A stretch of DNA of 64,000 bases from an uncultured virus (IMG/VR IMGVR_UViG_3300031787_000017) (taxonomy: Duplodnaviria; Heunggongvirae; Uroviricota; Caudoviricetes), in IMG/VR virus record IMGVR_UViG_3300031787_000017, one strand, 5' to 3'. Position 1 is the stretch's first letter. The number at the start of each line of letters is the position of its first letter. Shown in pieces: positions 57,852 to 64,000 of this stretch. The position numbers were made by a program, and so were the translations under genes. Under the pieces are notes generated by a model. The model saw only the letters and a list, made by a program, of their open reading frames with translations. It searched no databases and had not been told where the DNA came from.

Positions 57852-58660
57852 TATAAAGCTCCTATGCTAGGAATTCCAGTAACTCCTCCAGAATCTCCTG
57901 GATGAAAATGATATGTATACGCATGTCTGAATATCTGTATTGGTCCAACAATATCGTTCAAAACGGGTGCTGTAACCGAAGAAAGTGACGAAATAGGACC
58001 AGCAGAATATATTCCAGGCAAAATAGGACCTGCGTCGGGAAGGCCAACTAAAACTCCAGTAGGAGTTACTAATCCTAAAGCACCAAAAACTTTTTTACTT
58101 GCTATTATATTTTCAGAACAAGCAATAGGTCCTGTAGAAGATATTCCTCCGTTTACTGTTAAATCACCTTCGACATGAACCGAAAAAGGAGCATTTAAAT
58201 TAATTTGTCCAGTTAAACCGCCAGCTGTTATATTTACATCTGCTTCTGAAGTTAAATTTACCTCACCGGTGACAACAGCGTCCATCTGACCTTCAATGTT
58301 TTGATAAACATTACCTTCAATGTTTTGATAAACATCTCCCTTAACATTTAACTTAGAGTCACCTTCTATAGTCACAGAGCAATAACCTTTTATCAAAACA
58401 TGATTGTTCTTAACAACTATTTCATAATTATCACCAATAATTTTATGTATCTCGGTTCCATCAGATTGTATTTCAGTATAATTTCCTATTCTATGTTGTA
58501 ATCTTATTCGTTCAAACGATGGGGTATCATCCATCTCAACAAAATGTCCAGAATCAGAATAAAATCCTTTTACATGAGGATAAACTGAATTATTTGCTTG
58601 AGAATCGGGTTCATACCAAGTACTATCACCTTCTGGTTTTTTAACTTCTGTATCTGCCAT
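57851..58660 (-). CDS. gp5: Baseplate central spike, gp5 C-terminal part (beta-helix with HxH tip)
   Basis: YPHVK...SGHFVEMDDTP..ERIRLQHRIG...EIQSDG, VxGD/IEGN octad repeats, C-terminal YTYHFHPGDSGGVTG. Confidence 0.8.
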   Translation of the reverse strand: MADTEVKKPEGDSTWYEPDSQANNSVYPHVKGFYSDSGHFVEMDDTPSFERIRLQHRIGNYTEIQSDGTEIHKIIGDNYEIVVKNNHVLIKGYCSVTIEGDSKLNVKGDVYQNIEGNVYQNIEGQMDAVVTGEVNLTSEADVNITAGGLTGQINLNAPFSVHVEGDLTVNGGISSTGPIACSENIIASKKVFGALGLVTPTGVLVGLPDAGPILPGIYSAGPISSLSSVTAPVLNDIVGPIQIFRHAYTYHFHPGDSGGVTGIPSIGAL

Positions 58661-58662
58661 CA

Positions 58663-60471
58663 CTATACCTTTTCAAATGTTGCTTCTATCGCTTTAATTT
58701 CTGTATACACTATCGCTGTTGCTTCTACTGTTTCTGTTGCTGTTTGAATTGTACTTTGCGTTTGTTTTACCAAATCAGTTACCTCGGAAAAAGATACACT
58801 TCCACCACTATCACCAGTCAAAGACAATGATTCGGAAAAAGCATCATTTAATGAATTGAAAAAGTGATTCAAACAGTCTTGTAATAAAACTAAAAGTCTT
58901 GCTGGTAAACTTAATATCCAATTTATTAATTGTCTTATTTGTGCCGTAATTTTTGCAATCTCCAAAACTATCTCATTTATAAATTTTAAAAACTTTTGAA
59001 TACTTTTAAGAACAGCTGTTAAAAGTTTAGCCGTTTCTTTAATCCACTGAGCCGTAGCAGAATTTCCATCAATTGGAAAAAGAGCAAGTATTTTATCTCT
59101 TAACCATCTAACAGCTTGAATTATTTCTTGTCTTTTAGTAAGAATCTTTAATCTAGTTTCATAAGAAATATCACAATTCCAAGTTTTATCATTATTTGAT
59201 TTTTCTATAGCTACGCTATCCGAAGGATCTATAATTGTACTCAGTTGGCCAGATTTTGAACCATTAAGATTTGTTGATTGTAAATAAGATTCTTCACTTA
59301 TTCTACCTTTCGAATCTATTGGTATTAATTTTTTTCTGTCCGGTATAGAAGGTCCAGGCTGTAATGCGTAACCAGGCAAGTAGAAAAAATATCCTGTCCA
59401 ATTACCTATCAATTCTTCTTGCGTATTATAAACTTTTCCAGAAGTTTCATCATATCGGCCAACTCTAGCATCCAATGATCTCGCCTGTTCTATAGAAGTT
59501 AAAGAATTTGGAGCATTCGGAGCCTGAGACTTTAACTCTGCAAGTTGTTTATCTATTTCTTGTATTTTAAGACTTTGTTTATCTATATCTGATTGAATGG
59601 ATTTTTTAAGATCATTTACTCTATTTAATTGATTTTTAGAATTTGAAATAAGATTAGCTAAAGTACTTTCTGCATCAAATAAATTACGATTTAATAACCC
59701 TAATCTATCTACTAATTTTGTTCTTTCAGATAGTTGTTCAGCGGTAACTTCATCAGTATATTGTTCTAATGTTAAACCATTCTTTTTTTCATCACTATTA
59801 TCATAAGTTACAATAGCAAAATTTCTTAAAGATTTTATGTTTGTATCCAACTGTTCAATTCTACTGTCGTAAGATTGACCAGATATTGGACCAATTGAAC
59901 CAACATCATTTAAAAAATTATCACGTTCAAGTTTTAAGTTTTCAATAGTAGAAGTATAAGCAACTTCATCTATAGGTGAAACTTGATATTTTTCTTCATC
60001 CGTATTTAAAGCATTTAATTCTTCTAGGTTAGCATTTAACTGACCTTCTAATTGTTTTTTTTCAAATTCTAAATCAGATATTTTATTTTTAATCGTTGAA
60101 TAGTCCACCGGACTTTCATTTAAAAATTTTTGATTTTCACTATCATATTTTAGATAAAGTCTTGGATCTCTATTTCCAGTTATTTTTAAGTAAGGAGAAG
60201 GTGAATGCCACTCTAAAGCATCTTGAGCAGCAAACGATCTCATTGCATTTCCAAAAGAAAATTTATATCTGACTTTTATTGGAGTCCATATTTTTGGAAT
60301 AGAAACAACATTTGGAGATTGTGTTGAAAATGCCCAAGGAAGATTTTCGAAAGGAGTTTTAATTCCAGTTATATCATGTACACCGTAAATGAAAACTTGA
60401 AGTCGACCTATTCCAAGTGGGTCAGCATTATTCACAACTATAGCATCTCGTTCTACAACTTGCATCGTCAT
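58663..60471 (-). CDS. gp5 N-terminal OB-fold protein with long coiled-coil region
   Basis: VVNNADPLGIGRLQVFIYGVH...LPWA matches the gp5/VgrG OB-fold start; the centre is heptad-rich; no lysozyme motif recognised. Confidence 0.65.
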   Translation of the reverse strand: MTMQVVERDAIVVNNADPLGIGRLQVFIYGVHDITGIKTPFENLPWAFSTQSPNVVSIPKIWTPIKVRYKFSFGNAMRSFAAQDALEWHSPSPYLKITGNRDPRLYLKYDSENQKFLNESPVDYSTIKNKISDLEFEKKQLEGQLNANLEELNALNTDEEKYQVSPIDEVAYTSTIENLKLERDNFLNDVGSIGPISGQSYDSRIEQLDTNIKSLRNFAIVTYDNSDEKKNGLTLEQYTDEVTAEQLSERTKLVDRLGLLNRNLFDAESTLANLISNSKNQLNRVNDLKKSIQSDIDKQSLKIQEIDKQLAELKSQAPNAPNSLTSIEQARSLDARVGRYDETSGKVYNTQEELIGNWTGYFFYLPGYALQPGPSIPDRKKLIPIDSKGRISEESYLQSTNLNGSKSGQLSTIIDPSDSVAIEKSNNDKTWNCDISYETRLKILTKRQEIIQAVRWLRDKILALFPIDGNSATAQWIKETAKLLTAVLKSIQKFLKFINEIVLEIAKITAQIRQLINWILSLPARLLVLLQDCLNHFFNSLNDAFSESLSLTGDSGGSVSFSEVTDLVKQTQSTIQTATETVEATAIVYTEIKAIEATFEKV

Positions 60472-60492
60472 ATATTTTACCTTTTAATTTTT

Positions 60493-61845
60493 TTATGCAA
60501 AGGATTCGTGGGCATAATCAACAACTCCAATCATTTTATCACTCATATCGCTTCTATTTGAACTGTTTGTACAAGCTTCAAAAATAGTCTCATGTTTATT
60601 GTCAGGAGTTAATTTGTGTCTAGCTGCAATCACCAAATAGTGTCCATACAAAGTTCTATCCAAATTATTTTCGCCAGGAATTTTTTCTGAAAATTTTGGT
60701 ATATTTAAATATACGTTTACTCCAGACGAAACAGCAAAATTTCCAGGAATAACTAACTTAACTCTTTGAGAAAAGAGATTTGTAAATATTGATTTCCGTT
60801 GAAATAATATTTGTTCGTAATTTATCTTTTTCTCAAATTCACCAGGACTATTTTCTTTAACATCATTTAAAGAACTAGTTACTAAACTGGTTGAACCTTC
60901 AACAATACTAGATTCAGAAAAAGTGTTTAAAATATCACCATCAGTAAGTTTTAAATTTGCTACAGCTGGGCCATTATTTCTGGAATTTTTAGGATGATTT
61001 ATAGAATTATAATCAAAATTTAATTCCATACTTTGTCCTATATTTCTATCATATCCAATAAATTTACCAGAATAAACTCCATTTTTAATGTTTGTTAATA
61101 TATCAAATTGTTGAATTACTTGAAAATATCTAGCCCCTAACATATCCTTGGATTCGTCTGAGCTATTTAAATTTTTAGGATCAAAATTTATATTTACAAC
61201 AGATTCTTTATTTAACAAATTACTCAAACTTGTAAAATTATAACCAAAAATATTTTCATAAAATAAGAAACAAGGCCTGTGTTCCATATCAATAGACAAT
61301 TTTGCTATCCACAATATAGCATCAATTGGATTTAAATATAGAGGAACTATTACGTCTCTAATTCCTAAAGAATCATTAAATTCTCCTCCTTTAATTTTTT
61401 CTTCAGGAGTTTTCATATAATCTCTAAGTATTTTAAGAGTTGTATTAGTATAAGTTGTATTTAAAAAACACTGACCAACTTTTTTAAACTGAGATGTTAT
61501 ATATTCTTCAGAAATGAAATGAAGTATATAAGTTTCTTTATTTTGATTAACGACCGTTCTATCAGATTGTTTATAAATCCTAAACATTCTTTTAATGTCC
61601 AACAAATCATCATCAACTTTACCAATATGAATTTTTAAAAAATCGTTACCATCAAATAAAAAGGAATCCGATAGCCCAGAAGAATCTTCTATTAATATAT
61701 TTCCAGTTAAACAAGGTTGCAGTATAGAATCAAAAATATTTAATTCTTTATAGTGACCAATAAGAGTTCTTTCAGTTTTATCTTTTGCAACTAGACTTAG
61801 TTCTTTTATTCTAAATCCAGTTGAAATTAAGTAATCATAGCTCAT
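60493..61845 (-). CDS. Baseplate hub protein (gp27-like)
   Basis: ELNIFDSI...LTGNILIEDS, FLFYEN..GYNFTSL and IPGN...GHYLVIAARH; lies between gp53 and gp5. Confidence 0.6.
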   Translation of the reverse strand: MSYDYLISTGFRIKELSLVAKDKTERTLIGHYKELNIFDSILQPCLTGNILIEDSSGLSDSFLFDGNDFLKIHIGKVDDDLLDIKRMFRIYKQSDRTVVNQNKETYILHFISEEYITSQFKKVGQCFLNTTYTNTTLKILRDYMKTPEEKIKGGEFNDSLGIRDVIVPLYLNPIDAILWIAKLSIDMEHRPCFLFYENIFGYNFTSLSNLLNKESVVNINFDPKNLNSSDESKDMLGARYFQVIQQFDILTNIKNGVYSGKFIGYDRNIGQSMELNFDYNSINHPKNSRNNGPAVANLKLTDGDILNTFSESSIVEGSTSLVTSSLNDVKENSPGEFEKKINYEQILFQRKSIFTNLFSQRVKLVIPGNFAVSSGVNVYLNIPKFSEKIPGENNLDRTLYGHYLVIAARHKLTPDNKHETIFEACTNSSNRSDMSDKMIGVVDYAHESFA

Positions 61846-61846
61846 A

Positions 61847-62500
61847 TTATTTTGTTAATTCTTTAAACTCTTTTTCCAATAAAGGAACAAATTCTGTTTT
61901 TAATAATTTAATTTTTCTTTTGTTTTCATTATTTTCTAATTCGTATTCATAATAAGTTTTTGATCCTCTTGTTTTTTTAAGTTCTATTTGTGTACTGTCA
62001 CTTAACGTATAGTTATTAGTTGTTACTGGAGATGTATTAGCATAGTCTTGTTGAGTTATAATTAAAGTTTTTTCTGTATATTCTCCCGTACTAATTACGG
62101 TATTTTTTTCTTTTATAAAATACTCTTTTATATTGGATTTTGACCAAGATAAACCGCTTACTGAAGTGTTAGCAGAGTCAGCATAATTATTTGCAGAATA
62201 TTTTGAATTAATATATTTGTTTAAAGTTATGTAATTCATTGGCCAGTCAATTAATGGATTAATTATATTATTAACCATCAATATTATCCAATGTCTTTCC
62301 GAGGAATTATAAAATTTATCAGCTAAAATTTCTGGAGTTTCTCCTTCGGGAACTATGTAATCATAATACACAACAGAATTTTCTTTGAATCCTTCATTAA
62401 ATTTAAACTTAAAAGTTAAATTCGTTATAATATCTAAAGAGGGTTGATCTCTATCAGAAAAATAAACAACTTTAGGAAAGTAATTAAAAAATTTTGCCAT
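61847..62500 (-). CDS. gp53: Baseplate wedge subunit gp53
   Basis: FFNYFP, GETPEILADKFY....HWIILMVNNIINP..DWP and YEYELENNENKRKIKLLK. Confidence 0.9.
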   Translation of the reverse strand: MAKFFNYFPKVVYFSDRDQPSLDIITNLTFKFKFNEGFKENSVVYYDYIVPEGETPEILADKFYNSSERHWIILMVNNIINPLIDWPMNYITLNKYINSKYSANNYADSANTSVSGLSWSKSNIKEYFIKEKNTVISTGEYTEKTLIITQQDYANTSPVTTNNYTLSDSTQIELKKTRGSKTYYEYELENNENKRKIKLLKTEFVPLLEKEFKELTK

Positions 62501-62511
62501 TTAATAGCGCC

Positions 62512-63801
62512 TTATCTTAAATCTTTAGATTCATTATAACGAGTTTCAATAGAACCACTACTGTCAGAAGTAAAGTCTGTTGTAACGACATTATTAAAAT
62601 TGTCTTTAGTCAGAATTTCTGTTTCTTGGAAATTCAGTGATAACTTTATGCCTACTGGCATACCAGTTTTTCCTAATGCTGGAGCTCCACCATTTTCAGG
62701 AACTTCATACGCAGACCAACCGTTTGGAGCATAATCAGTGTCTATAGACGTTAAAACACAAGTTGAAATTCTAGGTATGTTAGGATTAATTCTACCATTG
62801 TAGTAAAATTCAATATCAAACTCTGAAGGAGGCACCATAAAAAAACCTCCTAATGCGCCTATACCTTCTTTGAAAATTTCTGGTGCTTGATGAAATCTTA
62901 ATCTGTTTAATATTCTTTGTACTTCAAGAGCTTCTTTAGAACTTCTAGGATATAACATAAAATCAAATCTAAATTCTCTAAAAGAAGGAGAAGTATATAT
63001 CATTTCGAGTTGGGGATTTAGAACTGTACCTGTTCCTGCTGCAAAAATTCCTGCACCAGCATTTCCAAATTTATTTTTTAATACACTATTCAAAATAAAA
63101 GGTGTTAAATTTTTGACAGCATCTTCAATTTTTTTATCAGAATTTTTTATTTGACTGTAACCAGCAGTTGCTGCTGCCAAATACGCTAATGGTGAAGCAC
63201 CAAATTCCATTGTAGAATATTGTTGATTATTTGTAAAATTTAATGTATCGGGCATATAGAAAGCAATACTGTCTGTAGTTCTTTCTATTGTTCTTAATCC
63301 TCTGTCTGATCCTAATAAACTAAAAACTTCTTTAGTTGCGGTAGCTATTCCTTTTCCAACAGAACTTCCTCCTTCAAGAGCATTTTCTAATGGAGCTCGA
63401 AACTGCTCATCCATATTTTCAATTCTGGCAGCTGCCTTTTCAGTAAACAAAGAGGCCTGTTTTTCCATGTAACCACCAATAACTTTTGCAATATCAGATT
63501 TGCCAACATCTTGTGCTATTTCAGTGAATCCTGAAATTGTTTGAGAGATTGGACTTTTAATTCCAGTATTTTGTTGATTTTGTAAAATAGTTGGTAAATC
63601 TCCAGAAAGTTCTTTTTTGAATCTAGTTTTCACCTGTTGATTGATATGAATGACCATATAGTGGCCTTTATCTAGAGATCCTATGTCTATAGGATATCTT
63701 AACACATTAGACATGTACTTTTTATTAGGCAAAAGATCACTAGATTTGAATCCTTTTTGCTTGTCTGATATCTTGATGTCAGTTAAAGTAAAGAACGCCA
63801 T
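62512..63801 (-). CDS. gp48: Baseplate tail-tube cap gp48-like
   Basis: FYMPDTL, NPQLEMIYTSPSFREFRFDFMLYPRS..EA, CVLTSIDTDYAPNG, LNFQETEILTK. Start moved from 63876 to the ATG at 63801, which has an AGGA RBS and avoids overlap with gp4. Confidence 0.8.
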   Translation of the reverse strand: MAFFTLTDIKISDKQKGFKSSDLLPNKKYMSNVLRYPIDIGSLDKGHYMVIHINQQVKTRFKKELSGDLPTILQNQQNTGIKSPISQTISGFTEIAQDVGKSDIAKVIGGYMEKQASLFTEKAAARIENMDEQFRAPLENALEGGSSVGKGIATATKEVFSLLGSDRGLRTIERTTDSIAFYMPDTLNFTNNQQYSTMEFGASPLAYLAAATAGYSQIKNSDKKIEDAVKNLTPFILNSVLKNKFGNAGAGIFAAGTGTVLNPQLEMIYTSPSFREFRFDFMLYPRSSKEALEVQRILNRLRFHQAPEIFKEGIGALGGFFMVPPSEFDIEFYYNGRINPNIPRISTCVLTSIDTDYAPNGWSAYEVPENGGAPALGKTGMPVGIKLSLNFQETEILTKDNFNNVVTTDFTSDSSGSIETRYNESKDLR

Positions 63802-63829
63802 ACGATTCCTTTTCGAATATATAATATTT

Positions 63830-64000
63830 ATGCCATATTCAGGAAAGTTTACCCCTAAGAATCCAACAAAGTACAACGGAGATGCGACAAATATAATTTA
63901 TCGTTCTTCGTGGGAACTCTATGTCATGAAATATCTTGATGAAAATCCTATGGTAACATGGTGGGCATCAGAAGAACTTTTCATACCGTATCGAAATCCA
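63830..64000 (+). CDS. gp4: Head completion protein gp4, 5' part only
   Basis: Translates as MPYSGKFTPKNPTKYNGDATNIIYRSSWELYVMKYLDENPMVTWWASEELFIPYRNP, matching the T4 gp4 N-terminus; divergent from the baseplate genes as in T4. Confidence 0.9.
   Translation, partial: MPYSGKFTPKNPTKYNGDATNIIYRSSWELYVMKYLDENPMVTWWASEELFIPYRNP

Noticed and set aside
63802..63876. N-terminal 25-aa extension of gp48 given by the ORF track
   Set aside because: It overlaps the gp4 gene on the other strand; the ATG at 63801 has a proper RBS.
1..64000. Stop-codon reassignment, tRNAs, introns/inteins, transposases or homing endonucleases
   Set aside because: Genes are full length and densely packed under the standard code, intergenic gaps are too short for tRNAs, and I recognised no such motifs by eye.

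Overview
This window is part of a large, AT-rich T4-like myophage genome, almost entirely on the minus strand. Reading in the direction of transcription, from the right end: a partial gp4 head-completion gene (plus strand, divergent), then the baseplate block gp48, gp53, a gp27-like hub, a gp5 split into two genes (OB-fold part and beta-helix spike with an HxH tip), gp25, gp6, gp7, gp8, a 2067-aa DUF4815/VrlC-like virion protein and an 1103-aa fibre with a peptidase G2-type C-terminal chaperone. A ~23.6 kb enzyme island (16970-40629) follows. It encodes nine radical SAM enzymes, a U32-family Fe-S protein, an ErpA/IscA Fe-S carrier, a flavin-dependent halogenase-like protein, a split transketolase-like pair and nucleotide-sugar, deacetylase and sulfotransferase enzymes. 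Inside the island is a 308-aa virion-like protein with four C-x-C-N-C-N-Y heptads directly before a peptidase S74 autocleaving chaperone. The island is followed by two giant Ala-heptad fibre genes: 1880 aa, and a >3463-aa ORF that runs off the left end and is missing from the ORF track. The best candidate for an undescribed system is a phage-encoded, RiPP-like pathway in which radical SAM and tailoring enzymes modify a self-cleaving, trimeric, Cys-rich virion appendage. That functional link is inference. All family calls come from motif recognition by eye; no database searches were run.
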